From assembly GCA_050952125.1 (NCBI GenBank), contig JBMNKK010000003.1:7952-71951 (forward strand): 64,000 bases of DNA. The letters are read 5' to 3'. Positions 36,275 through 45,095 of the stretch are shown one piece after another (position 1 is the stretch's first letter; each line of letters starts with the position of its first letter). The translations under genes and the position numbers were made by a program. Under the pieces are notes generated by a model. The model was not told the DNA's origin and made no database searches. It worked only from the letters and a program-made list of their open reading frames with translations. The DNA is from Bacillota bacterium. GTDB lineage: Bacteria > Bacillota > Sulfobacillia > Fermentithermobacillales > Fermentithermobacillaceae.

Positions 36275-37525
36275 ATGATCGTGACCGGACCGGTGTACCG
36301 ATTCATCGGAACCGAGCATCTGGAAGAGGCCGCTCGCATCTACAGCGACGTCTATGTCTACAGACTCGAAGATTCTCGCCGGCATGCGCAGAGAGACCTG
36401 GAGGACAAAGGTGTTAAGCTGGCCGCCGCGTTTGACGACGGCCGGTTGGCGTCCATATTGCAGATAGTCGATTACTCCATCTACCTCAATTCAGACCGGA
36501 TTGCCATGGGCGGAATCGCCGGGATCGCCACCCATGCCGAGGATCGCCGTAAGCACCTCGTCGAGGGGCTGCTCAAGATGGCGCTGGGGCACATGCGAGA
36601 AAGGGGTATGTACACCTCGGCTCTCTACCCGTTCTCACGCGCTTTCTACCGGAAATACGGATGGGAGCATGTTTGCGATGCTCTGAGTCTGAAAGCCAAG
36701 GTCGCGGATCTACACGTTCTGCGAAAAGGGGTCGAGGCCGCGGGAACCGCCAGGTGCGGGTTCCAGAGAGTGAGCGTGGACGGTGCCGGAGAGCCTGGCC
36801 TCGGGGCGCTGCGGCAGATCTACACTTCATACTACTCCGGGTACAACTGCGCCGTCGCAAGGGGCGATCTCGAATGGGAGAGGTTCAGCCGCAACATCGA
36901 GAGATCCATCGCGTCAGGCACCAACAACTACGTCTATCTTGGGGTGCGAAGCGGAACTCCGGTCTCTTACATAGCCTACACCTTCCAGAAGAACCCGGAC
37001 GACACGCGCAGTATGAGGATCAGGGAGGCAGCGGCGGCCGATGGCGCGGCGTGGGGTGACTTGCTTGGGTTCATTGCCCGACATGACGCACAGGCTGTGG
37101 AAGTCACCGGCATTGTCCCGGCTGATTCGCCGGTTCGCGTTCTCTTGGCAGAGCCGGGGAGAATGGAGATTGTCCCGCACCTCATGTTCCGTATCGTGGA
37201 TGTGTCCGGCTTCTTTGGCGCCATCCGGACAAAAGACGAGGTAAGCGGGTTCTTCACGATGCGGGTTCATGACCGGACATGCGAATGGAATGACAAGGTG
37301 TTCGCCGTATCGGTGGACGGAGGTAGGGCTTCGGCATCTCCCGCGCTCCTCAGCGATGCAGATATCACGCTGGATATATCCGCGCTGTCTCAGATTGCCT
37401 CCGGCTATATGCCTGCAGCTTCGTCGGCACGAGCCGGCCTTTTGCAGGTATCTGACGCGCGGGCAGTGAGCATGCTGCAGGAGATATTCCCGGCGAGGGC
37501 TACTTTCTGCGCCGACTACTTCTAG
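36275..37525 (+). CDS. GNAT-family acetyltransferase, Eis-like (GNAT plus C-terminal SCP2-like fold).
   Basis: About 415 aa. Overall similarity to Eis-type enhanced-intracellular-survival acetyltransferases (GGIAGIATHAEDRRKHL acetyl-CoA site). Confidence 0.6.
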   Translation: MIVTGPVYRFIGTEHLEEAARIYSDVYVYRLEDSRRHAQRDLEDKGVKLAAAFDDGRLASILQIVDYSIYLNSDRIAMGGIAGIATHAEDRRKHLVEGLLKMALGHMRERGMYTSALYPFSRAFYRKYGWEHVCDALSLKAKVADLHVLRKGVEAAGTARCGFQRVSVDGAGEPGLGALRQIYTSYYSGYNCAVARGDLEWERFSRNIERSIASGTNNYVYLGVRSGTPVSYIAYTFQKNPDDTRSMRIREAAAADGAAWGDLLGFIARHDAQAVEVTGIVPADSPVRVLLAEPGRMEIVPHLMFRIVDVSGFFGAIRTKDEVSGFFTMRVHDRTCEWNDKVFAVSVDGGRASASPALLSDADITLDISALSQIASGYMPAASSARAGLLQVSDARAVSMLQEIFPARATFCADYF

Positions 37526-37555
37526 GACAGCGCACTACTCTGAGAGGTGTACCGG

Positions 37556-38521
37556 ATGAAAGTATACGTCACAAGGCGGCTTCCTGAAGAAGCGCTTAGA
37601 GTCTTGGGGGCCGGATTCGAGGTCGCGATGTGGGACAGGGAAGATGAGCCCGTTCCGAGGGATGTGCTTCTCCGCGAGGTTTCTTCGGCCCATGGCCTCC
37701 TCAGCCTGCTCACAGAGCGGGTCGACGAGGAACTCCTGGCGCATGCCCCAAACCTGAAGATTGTGGCAAACATGGCCGTGGGCTTTGACAACATAGACGT
37801 TGAGGCGTGCACAAAGCGAGGCATAGTGGTAACCAACACGCCCGACGTGCTCACCGAAGCTACGGCCGACCTGGCATTCGCCCTTCTCTTGGCAGCCGCC
37901 CGCAGGTTGATTGAGGCTGAGAGGGTGCTTCAGGAGGGGCGATGGAAGTCTTGGTCGCCCATGTTCCTGACGGGCCAGCAGGTTTTCGGTTCTACTCTCG
38001 GAATCATCGGAATGGGGAGGATCGGCCGGGCGGTCGCCGAGAGAGCAAAGGGCTTCTCAATGGACGTGCTGTACTACTCACGAAGCCGCGACGAAGAAGC
38101 AGAGGGCGAGACGGGTGCTCAGTACGTGCCTCTGGAGAGACTTTTAAGCCGTTCAGATTTCATCTCGATCCACCTGCCGCTTACACCTGAGACCAGGCAC
38201 TTTATCTCGGCTCGCGAGATGGCTCTGATGAAGCCCACGGCTGTGCTCATCAACACGTCGAGAGGCGCGGTTATCGACGAAGCGGCGCTTATCGACGCCC
38301 TTCGCGCCGGAAGCATTTGGGCCGCCGGCCTCGATGTGTTCGAGAAGGAGCCGCTGCCTCCGGATAGCCCGCTGAGGGCAATGGACAACGTGGTCTTGCT
38401 GCCCCATATAGGCAGCGCGACCATCAAGACCCGGACCGAAATGGCGGTGCTGGCTGCGAAAAACCTCGCGACCTATCTGACGAAAGGCAGCGCGATAACC
38501 CCGGTGAACGCGGCTAAGTGA
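37556..38521 (+). CDS. D-isomer-specific 2-hydroxyacid dehydrogenase (glyoxylate/hydroxypyruvate reductase-like).
   Basis: NAD-binding site GIIGMGRIGRAVA and catalytic R/E/H (IHLPLT, HIGSAT). The ORF track starts at 37547; MKVYVTRR at 37556 is more typical. Confidence 0.85.
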   Translation: MKVYVTRRLPEEALRVLGAGFEVAMWDREDEPVPRDVLLREVSSAHGLLSLLTERVDEELLAHAPNLKIVANMAVGFDNIDVEACTKRGIVVTNTPDVLTEATADLAFALLLAAARRLIEAERVLQEGRWKSWSPMFLTGQQVFGSTLGIIGMGRIGRAVAERAKGFSMDVLYYSRSRDEEAEGETGAQYVPLERLLSRSDFISIHLPLTPETRHFISAREMALMKPTAVLINTSRGAVIDEAALIDALRAGSIWAAGLDVFEKEPLPPDSPLRAMDNVVLLPHIGSATIKTRTEMAVLAAKNLATYLTKGSAITPVNAAK

Positions 38522-38579
38522 CTCCGTAAGTCACTAATGAGGACGGTAAACATATTATGTCTCACAAAGGAGGCATGAT

Positions 38580-38927
38580 GTGGCTATGACCGTCAACAGT
38601 CTATCGGTGGCGATGTGGGTTTTCCTGGCCTTCGCCGTGGAGCGTCTTGTGGAAATCGTCGTGAAAGCAATCCCCCCGCTGCACCGGCTAAGGATTATGG
38701 GAATTGAGGTCCCGTTCCTCTTGGCGTTTGTGTTTTCCCTGCTCACGGCTGTTGGGGCCGGCCTGGATTTCTTCGGCGTCTTCAACATCCCGTTTACTCT
38801 GCCGGTTGTGGGCTACGTCTTTTCGGCGCTTGTCATGACCGGAGGATCCAACCTGATACACGACCTGGTGAGTTGGGTCACAAATGGCAAGAAGCTGAGC
38901 GCGGCGAGGTTGCCTAGGGCGATGTAG
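38580..38927 (+). CDS. Small hypothetical membrane protein (3 predicted TM, 115 aa).
   Basis: Hydrophobic ORF with an AAAGGAGG RBS 12 nt upstream of the GTG at 38580. Confidence 0.35.
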   Translation: MAMTVNSLSVAMWVFLAFAVERLVEIVVKAIPPLHRLRIMGIEVPFLLAFVFSLLTAVGAGLDFFGVFNIPFTLPVVGYVFSALVMTGGSNLIHDLVSWVTNGKKLSAARLPRAM

Positions 38928-39069
38928 GGGCCGTCTGCAGGTAAGATCTGTATCGACTTTGCATCCGGCCCCCTTATTCCACGCGCCCTGGAGAGTCAGG
39001 GGACAAGCGGCGCACACCGTATTGCCTGGAATTTCCCCGAGAACGGCACAGGAATACTAGTTTTCGGGG

Positions 39070-39975
39070 GTGCAGCCACTGAACGTCTTCTCAGTAGCGT
39101 CAGCCAGATCTCCTGATTCGATACGGCTCATGCTCGGACGCGAGACGCGGACCTGGGCTGACAAAGGCGTGAAGATCTCCGTGCGCGAGTCGCGCAAGGG
39201 GGATCTCTCGGTTTTCCACTGCGAGATCCCTATCTCACGTGACGCTCTTGGGTCGGAAGTGCTCAAAGAGGTCAAGCACAGGGTCGCCAACGAGCTGTCT
39301 CACATTATCATCGACGATTACGAAAAACTCCTCGTCAACAGGTTGATTGATGAGAACTACACCTACTTGTCCGACAGAGACAGAACCATCATCAAACGCA
39401 AAGTGAGTGAGACCCTCAACGGGAAGGCGGGCCAAGCATCCGACCTCACTGACGGGGTGGAGAGGAGCAGGCGAAAGAGCCGGGTTTGGGCGAAGCTTGC
39501 CGAGTACTTGGAGAGAGAGAACGAGATCGTGCTGGAAGGCTTCATCACGTTTAGGCTCAAGGAATACCTTGGAGACCTGTTTGATATAGTTGAGGAAACC
39601 GCCGAGGACTACCTTACCGAGAGGGAATACCGGGAGTTTCTCCGCTTGCTGAGACACTTTATGAGCAGGCAGAAGAACCCCGCTCCCGAGGTGAACGTGA
39701 TCCGGAACGGGAACCGCTACGCGCTATTGGATGACAAGCGGAAGCCTGTCGAAGGCGAAGTCGGCAGGTTCCTGGCCAAACCGCCCGATGGAATAGACCT
39801 CGGAGTTGACGACCTCATAGTGAGCGCGGTTGTCACCCTTGCCCCCGAGAGAGTGATCTGGCACGGTTCGAAAGAAGATTCACCCTGCTTTGACCTCATA
39901 AACGACCTGTTTGGAGACAAAGTCATTTTCTGCTCGGGATGTGCACTTGATCAGCTAACCCCGCTAGGAGTATAA
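39070..39975 (+). CDS. ytxC: Putative sporulation protein YtxC-like.
   Basis: About 300 aa, located immediately upstream of the thrS T-box, as ytxC is in Bacillus subtilis. General YtxC-family appearance (acidic, EY/DYL repeats). Confidence 0.5.
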   Translation: MQPLNVFSVASARSPDSIRLMLGRETRTWADKGVKISVRESRKGDLSVFHCEIPISRDALGSEVLKEVKHRVANELSHIIIDDYEKLLVNRLIDENYTYLSDRDRTIIKRKVSETLNGKAGQASDLTDGVERSRRKSRVWAKLAEYLERENEIVLEGFITFRLKEYLGDLFDIVEETAEDYLTEREYREFLRLLRHFMSRQKNPAPEVNVIRNGNRYALLDDKRKPVEGEVGRFLAKPPDGIDLGVDDLIVSAVVTLAPERVIWHGSKEDSPCFDLINDLFGDKVIFCSGCALDQLTPLGV

Positions 39976-40009
39976 TCCTTCAAACTCATAACTACAGGCT
40001 GTGAAGAGG

Positions 40010-40256
40010 AACGTACCGTTTTCTGCCGCTATAAGAGAAGGGTGGCCAGGGGCTGAAAGCCTCCTCGGCGGATACGGGAAACACCACCTCGGAGCCTCCG
40101 GCGGATTCCGGGAACCGGATAACGCCGGCGACAACCGGACGCGATACAGTCCGGAGAGGGCTCGCGCTCTGTACCGTTAGGACCGGCGCCGGCTGAACAA
40201 GGGTGGAACCGCGGAACCCCGCCCCTTTCTGGGACGGGGTTTCTTGTTTTTCGTTG
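40010..40256 (+). promoter_or_regulatory. T-box riboswitch leader of thrS: conserved T-box AACAAGGGTGGAACCGCGG (40196-40214) followed by a terminator (40216-40256, CCCCGCCC...GGGACGGGG + UUUCUUGUUUUU).
   Basis: Matches the T-box consensus AAnnnGGGTGGnACCGCG, with an intrinsic terminator overlapping the antiterminator. Sits between the upstream gene and thrS, as in Firmicutes. Confidence 0.75.
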
Positions 40257-40298
40257 TTGATGTGTTCTTGGGCTTACAATTCGAGGAGGAGATAGGCG

Positions 40299-42254
40299 AT
40301 GGCGGAAAAGGGATACGAAGTGAAGTGGGAAGACAAGGCCTGTTCTTTGGAACCCGGCAGCACGTTCTTGGATGTGAAGAAGTCATTCGGATGGAAGAAC
40401 GACGTACTGATGGTTGGAGAAGGGCACGAGGTGAGGGAACTTAGGGCAAAGGTGGCCGGAAGCTGTTCCGTCGCACCTCTGACCTTCGACGACGAGCGAG
40501 CCAGGTGGGCTCTTCGCCACACGGCCGCGCACATTTTGGCGCAGGCCGTAAAGCGGATGTATCCTGAGGTCAAGCTTGCCATCGGTCCTGCCATTGAAGA
40601 CGGCTTCTACTATGACTTCGACATGAAGACTCCGTTCAAGCCCGAAGATCTGGAGAAGATCGAGGCGGAGATGAAGAAGATCGTTTCTGAAAACCTGCCT
40701 GTCGTCCGCGAGGAAGTTGACCGAGAGACGGCGCGGAAGATTTTCCGGGATCAGGAGGAGCCTTACAAAGAGGAACTTCTCGAGGAATTGCCGGAAGGCG
40801 AGGCCATCTCTCTGTACCGGCAGGGGGAGTTCGTCGACCTCTGCGCGGGACCTCACGTCGCTTCCACGGGTATGGTCAAGGCGTTCAAACTGCTTAGCGT
40901 TGCCGGGGCCTATTGGCGCGGCGATGAGAAACTTCCCATGCTTCAGAGGATCTACGGGACCGCCTTCGTGAATCAAGACGATCTCAAGGCGCACCTAGAC
41001 CGGCTGGAGGAGATCAAGAAGCGCGACCACCGGCGGCTTGCCAAGGAACTGGACCTCTTCAGCATTCAGGAAGAAGGAGGCCCCGGGCTGGTTTATTGGC
41101 ACGCCAAGGGAGCCCTCATCCGCGAACTGATCGAGGATTTCTGGAAGGACGAGCACAGGAAGAGGGGATACGACATCGTCTACTCCCCGCATATAGCCAA
41201 ACTCGAGCTCTGGAAGACATCCGGGCATTGGAACTGGTACAAGGAAAGCATGTACTCACCCATGGCGATCGAGGAAGTGGAGTACCTCTTGAAGCCGATG
41301 AACTGCCCGTTCCACATCCTCATGTTCAAGAACGACACGAGGAGCTACCGTGACCTACCGATGCGGATGGGCGAGCTCGGCACGGTTTACCGCTTTGAGA
41401 GGTCCGGAGTCTTGCACGGGGCTCTCCGCGTCCGCGGTTTTACGCAGGACGATGCCCACCTCTTCTGCACGCCGGAACAGCTGGAGGAGGAGATTGTGGG
41501 CGTGCTCGACCTTACCCAATACATGCTCAAGATATTTGGGTACAGTGAGTACCACTGCATGCTCTCGGTTCGCGATCCTGAAAACAAAGGCAAGTACGCG
41601 GGCGATGACGAGATTTGGGAGATGGGGGAGGCGGCGCTGGCCGCTGCACTCAAGCGAAAGAACCTGGAGTACAAGATCGACCCCGGCGAGGCCAAGTTTT
41701 ACGGCCCGGCAATAGACATCAAGATCAAGGACGCATTGGGCAGGCTGTGGCAGGGGCCCACCATCCAGGCAGACTTCAACCTTCCCGAAAGGTTCGATAT
41801 CAGTTACATCGGCGAGGACGGAGCGAAGCACAGGCCGGTCATGATCCATAGAACCGTGCTCGGCAGCATGGAGAGGTTCGTTGCCGGGCTGGTGGAGCAC
41901 TATGCGGGGGCGTTTCCGCTCTGGCTTTCTCCCACGCAGGTCTCCGTGATACCCGTTTCAGAGAAGCAGGCGGACTACGCCAGGAAGGTGTCATCGCAGC
42001 TTGAGGAACACGGGTTTAGGGTTGACTGCGATCTCGGTTCCGAGAAGATGGGGTACAAGATAAGGCAGGCCCAGATGCAGAAGGTGCCTTATATGCTGGT
42101 GGTGGGTGGCAGAGAAGCCGAAAGCGGCACTGTCTCGGTGCGCCACCGCGCCCTTGGGGACCTGGGATCCTTTGCGCTGGATGAGTTCATCCAAAAAGCA
42201 GGAGAGGAAGCGCGTACCAAAGCATTGGAGCCGGCATTCTCTAAGGGGCAGTAA
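40299..42254 (+). CDS. thrS: Threonine--tRNA ligase.
   Basis: TGS/N-terminal editing domains, class II core (HRDLK-like motifs) and anticodon-binding domain. 651 aa. Confidence 0.95.
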   Translation: MAEKGYEVKWEDKACSLEPGSTFLDVKKSFGWKNDVLMVGEGHEVRELRAKVAGSCSVAPLTFDDERARWALRHTAAHILAQAVKRMYPEVKLAIGPAIEDGFYYDFDMKTPFKPEDLEKIEAEMKKIVSENLPVVREEVDRETARKIFRDQEEPYKEELLEELPEGEAISLYRQGEFVDLCAGPHVASTGMVKAFKLLSVAGAYWRGDEKLPMLQRIYGTAFVNQDDLKAHLDRLEEIKKRDHRRLAKELDLFSIQEEGGPGLVYWHAKGALIRELIEDFWKDEHRKRGYDIVYSPHIAKLELWKTSGHWNWYKESMYSPMAIEEVEYLLKPMNCPFHILMFKNDTRSYRDLPMRMGELGTVYRFERSGVLHGALRVRGFTQDDAHLFCTPEQLEEEIVGVLDLTQYMLKIFGYSEYHCMLSVRDPENKGKYAGDDEIWEMGEAALAAALKRKNLEYKIDPGEAKFYGPAIDIKIKDALGRLWQGPTIQADFNLPERFDISYIGEDGAKHRPVMIHRTVLGSMERFVAGLVEHYAGAFPLWLSPTQVSVIPVSEKQADYARKVSSQLEEHGFRVDCDLGSEKMGYKIRQAQMQKVPYMLVVGGREAESGTVSVRHRALGDLGSFALDEFIQKAGEEARTKALEPAFSKGQ

Positions 42255-42286
42255 AGTCGTTAGCGAGGGCGTAGTTGCCTACTGCT

Positions 42287-42315
42287 TTGACATTTTCTCA
42301 TGGTGAGTATAGTAT
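42287..42315 (+). promoter_or_regulatory. Sigma-A-type promoter for the infC-rpmI-rplT operon (TTGACA 42287-42292; -10 TATAGT 42308-42313 or TAGTAT 42310-42315), followed by a structured leader of about 180 nt with an attenuator-like hairpin (42437-42470).
   Basis: Hexamers seen in sequence. The leader contains several GC hairpins and a GGGCGGGTG...CACCCGCCC-UUUAAUAUU hairpin before the infC RBS. Confidence 0.4.
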
Positions 42316-42496
42316 GTTGAACTGTGGCAGCGTGCTCTAGGCACGCCAACAATGAAGCAGAAGCCATCCGCTTCTCACCTTACGGCTCTTTGAGCCGGTA
42401 AGGTTCACAGATAGAGGTCTATCGCTTAATTTGGCGACTTCTGTGGGCGGGTGGTTCACCCGCCCTTTAATATTGCGGAGGGCAGAGAGGAGGTAG

Positions 42497-43066
42497 ATAC
42501 GTATCGCACAGGACCAGAGGGTAAACGAACAGATCCGAGTTAGGGAAGTAAGGCTGGTTTCTCAGGAGGGCGAGCAGCTCGGGATTGTGCCCACACACGA
42601 GGCTTTGAGAATCGCTCGTGATAGGGGCCTAGACCTTGTTGAGGTAGCCGCCCAGGCGCGCCCCCCGGTATGCCGCATAATGGACTACTCGAGGTGGAAG
42701 TACGAGCAAGCAAAGCGCGCTAAAGAGGCCAGAAAGAAGCAGAAGACCCAGGACGTCAAGGAAGTCAAGATGAGGCCGACCATCGACCAGCACGATTTTG
42801 AGGTGCGGGTCAGATCGGCAGAGAAGTTCCTTCGTGAAGGTGACAAGGTAAAGGCGACCATCATGTTCAGGGGCAGGGAAATGGCCCACCTTGAGAACGG
42901 CCAGAGAGTGCTTGAGAGGCTTCTCGAGAGAGTCAAGGATATGTGCCTTGTCGAACGGGCTCCGAAGATAGAAGGACGCAACATGACGATGGTATTGTCG
43001 CCGCGACCTCAGAGCCCGGCCGCGCCGGCGTCCAAACCGGCCGACAAAGCTCCGGAACAACAATGA
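42497..43066 (+). CDS. infC: Translation initiation factor IF-3. It starts at a non-AUG codon: AUA at 42497, or AUC at 42503, after an in-frame TAG. The ORF track shows only the region from Met 42587.
   Basis: Upstream in-frame translation IAQDQRVNEQIRVREVRLVSQEGEQLGIVPTHEAL is the canonical IF-3 N-domain. GAGAGGAGG RBS at 42486-42493. Confidence 0.85.
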   Translation: MRIAQDQRVNEQIRVREVRLVSQEGEQLGIVPTHEALRIARDRGLDLVEVAAQARPPVCRIMDYSRWKYEQAKRAKEARKKQKTQDVKEVKMRPTIDQHDFEVRVRSAEKFLREGDKVKATIMFRGREMAHLENGQRVLERLLERVKDMCLVERAPKIEGRNMTMVLSPRPQSPAAPASKPADKAPEQQ

Positions 43067-43090
43067 GGCGCCAAAGGGAGATGTTCCACC

Positions 43091-43294
43091 GTGGCTAAGA
43101 ACAAGATGAAGACACACAGCGGGGCGAAGAAGCGCTTTTTCGTGACCGGCACCGGCAAAATCCGGCACTATCACTCAGGTCACAGCCACAGGCTGCAAGG
43201 CAAAGATGCTGCAAGGCGGCGCCGCCTGAAGAAGGACTCCGGTATCACGGAGGTTCACGAGAAAAGAATCCGGACCCTCATTCCCTACAAGTAA
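43091..43294 (+). CDS. rpmI: 50S ribosomal protein L35.
   Basis: MAKNKMKTHSGAKKRF... is basic and about 65 aa. Confidence 0.9.
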   Translation: MAKNKMKTHSGAKKRFFVTGTGKIRHYHSGHSHRLQGKDAARRRRLKKDSGITEVHEKRIRTLIPYK

Positions 43295-43353
43295 GGGCGG
43301 GAGTGCAGGGTTTTAGGACTCATACAGCGTTTTTAGAAAGAGGGTAACGTAAG

Positions 43354-43713
43354 ATGCCTCGCGTTAAGACCGGCACAATCAACAAGCAAAAGCACAAGAA
43401 GATACTGAAGCTCGCCAAGGGTTATTGGGGCAAGCGTTCCAAGTCGTTCCGCATGGCAAACGAGGCGGTTATGAAGGCTCTTCACTACGCCAGAAGGCAC
43501 AGGCGCGAGAAGAAGAGAGAGTTCAGAAGCCTCTGGATAGCCAGGATCAACGCGGCCGCCAGGTTGAACGGTATGAACTACAGCACCTTGGTCAGCGGAC
43601 TCAAGAAAGCAGGCGTCCAGATCAACAGGCAGATGCTTGCCGACCTCGCCGTGACCGACGAGAAGGCTTTTAGCGATCTGGTCGAAGTGGCTAAGGCGCA
43701 GGCCGCCCGATAG
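43354..43713 (+). CDS. rplT: 50S ribosomal protein L20.
   Basis: [29 protein letters not shown]... is a canonical L20. Confidence 0.95.
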   Translation: MPRVKTGTINKQKHKKILKLAKGYWGKRSKSFRMANEAVMKALHYARRHRREKKREFRSLWIARINAAARLNGMNYSTLVSGLKKAGVQINRQMLADLAVTDEKAFSDLVEVAKAQAAR

Positions 43714-43719
43714 CATCTT

Positions 43720-44532
43720 ATGGCGCACGAGGTTCCCTGGAGGTTCATCAAGGGCCTTTCGTCCAAGAAGGAAAGGGAAAAGGCGGGCATGACGGTTGCC
43801 GAGGGCCCGCCCTCAGTCTTTTCCGCGTTGGAGTCGGGCGTTCAGGTTGAGTATCTGGTAATGTCCGAGTCATTCTCTAATTCGCCGGGAGGACTTTCCG
43901 TCGGGCGCATTGTTGAGTCGGGCAGGAAACCGCGTGAGGTCTTTAAGGTTCCGGATGCATTGTTCGAGCGAATGTCCGACACCCGCACTCCTCAGGGAGT
44001 GCTGTGTGTTGTGCCCGTCCCGATGCGCTTTCCGGAAGGTTCCCTTAGGAGCCCTTGGGAAGAGCCGCTGGAGGTAATCGGAGTTGACATCCAGGATCCG
44101 GGGAACGCGGGTACCCTTATTAGGGCTGCATCAGCGGTAGGGGCTTCGCGTGTCGTCTTCGCCGGGAAAAGCGTCGACCCGTTCTCACCGAAGTGCATCC
44201 GTTCCTCTGCGGGAACGATTTTCGCGGTCCCGGTTACCACAGCCGGGCAGCAGCTGGATCCGGCGCGTTTTGTTGCGGATCTCGCTAAAGCAGGTCTTTC
44301 CATCTATAAGACTGTCCCGAGCGGAGGGATTTTTCCCTGGGAAGCCGACTTCACGCTCCCGTGCGCGATTGTGGTCGGGAATGAGGCCCAGGGTTTGCAG
44401 CAGGAAATTGTTGACGGACCGGGTCGCGGGATCTCCATCCCGATGCCCGGAGGTACGGAGTCTCTCAACGTCGCCGTGGCTTCGGGTATGGTGCTCTACG
44501 AGGCGCTTAGGCAGAGAATCGGACGAGCGTAA
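43720..44532 (+). CDS. TrmH/SpoU-family RNA 2'-O-methyltransferase.
   Basis: SPOUT motifs (DPGNAGTLIRAA...; IVVGNEAQGL). Confidence 0.8.
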   Translation: MAHEVPWRFIKGLSSKKEREKAGMTVAEGPPSVFSALESGVQVEYLVMSESFSNSPGGLSVGRIVESGRKPREVFKVPDALFERMSDTRTPQGVLCVVPVPMRFPEGSLRSPWEEPLEVIGVDIQDPGNAGTLIRAASAVGASRVVFAGKSVDPFSPKCIRSSAGTIFAVPVTTAGQQLDPARFVADLAKAGLSIYKTVPSGGIFPWEADFTLPCAIVVGNEAQGLQQEIVDGPGRGISIPMPGGTESLNVAVASGMVLYEALRQRIGRA

Positions 44533-44534
44533 CC

Positions 44535-44563
44535 TTTGTTGACCCAGCGCTGCATGGTATAAT
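44535..44563 (+). promoter_or_regulatory. Promoter with an extended -10 (TGgTATAAT, 44555-44563) and a weak -35 (TTTGTT / TTGACC region).
   Basis: Seen in sequence. It lies about 200 nt upstream of where the pheS T-box stem I appears to begin. Confidence 0.4.
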
Positions 44564-44759
44564 ACCCGAAAGGAAACCGGAAGCGGGGGTAGCCATGCGA
44601 CTTTCACAGGCGTTCTGGTCTTTCTTTGAGAGAACCGGTTCGGTGGTTGCGTACCTGCTTTACTGCCATTACTCAAGGCTTGAAGTAATTAGTGGGCAAG
44701 AGCAGGTGCAGTAAGGTTTGGTTTATTTTTGAAGCGCCTTGGCGCGCCTAGAAGCTTCA

Positions 44760-45035
44760 CAGTCATATCAGGCGATGAGGGAGAACGTGGGCGGAGGGTA
44801 GCGAACAGAGAGGGGAACAGCTGCGTGAGGGCTTCCAGTGCTCTCCGTAAAGCTGCTGAGAGTTCCCTGCGTGAGGGCCGCTGGAATTCGCTCCGTAGCC
44901 TCCGGGCTGAGATGTAAGTAGGTCCGGCGTTACCTTCGCGATAAGAAGGCTCAGAGGGGGCCGGTTGACCCGGTCAAGCCTGGTGGTACCGCGGAAGCAA
45001 GAGCTTTCGTCCATTGGACGAGAGCTCTTTTTTGT
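44760..45035 (+). promoter_or_regulatory. T-box riboswitch leader of pheST: stem I with GA/K-turn-like start (GCGAUGAGGGAGAAC), candidate specifier region containing UUC, T-box AGCCTGGTGGTACCGCGG (44976-44994) and terminator (44999-45032, AAGAGCUUUCGUCC...GGACGAGAGCUCUU + UUUUUU).
   Basis: Matches the T-box consensus with a downstream intrinsic terminator. pheST is T-box regulated in Firmicutes. Confidence 0.75.
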
Positions 45036-45095
45036 TGCCTTTAGACCTCTTGAAAGGGGGAAGCGGGGCACGGGTGAAGACGCCCTGCGTGAGTT

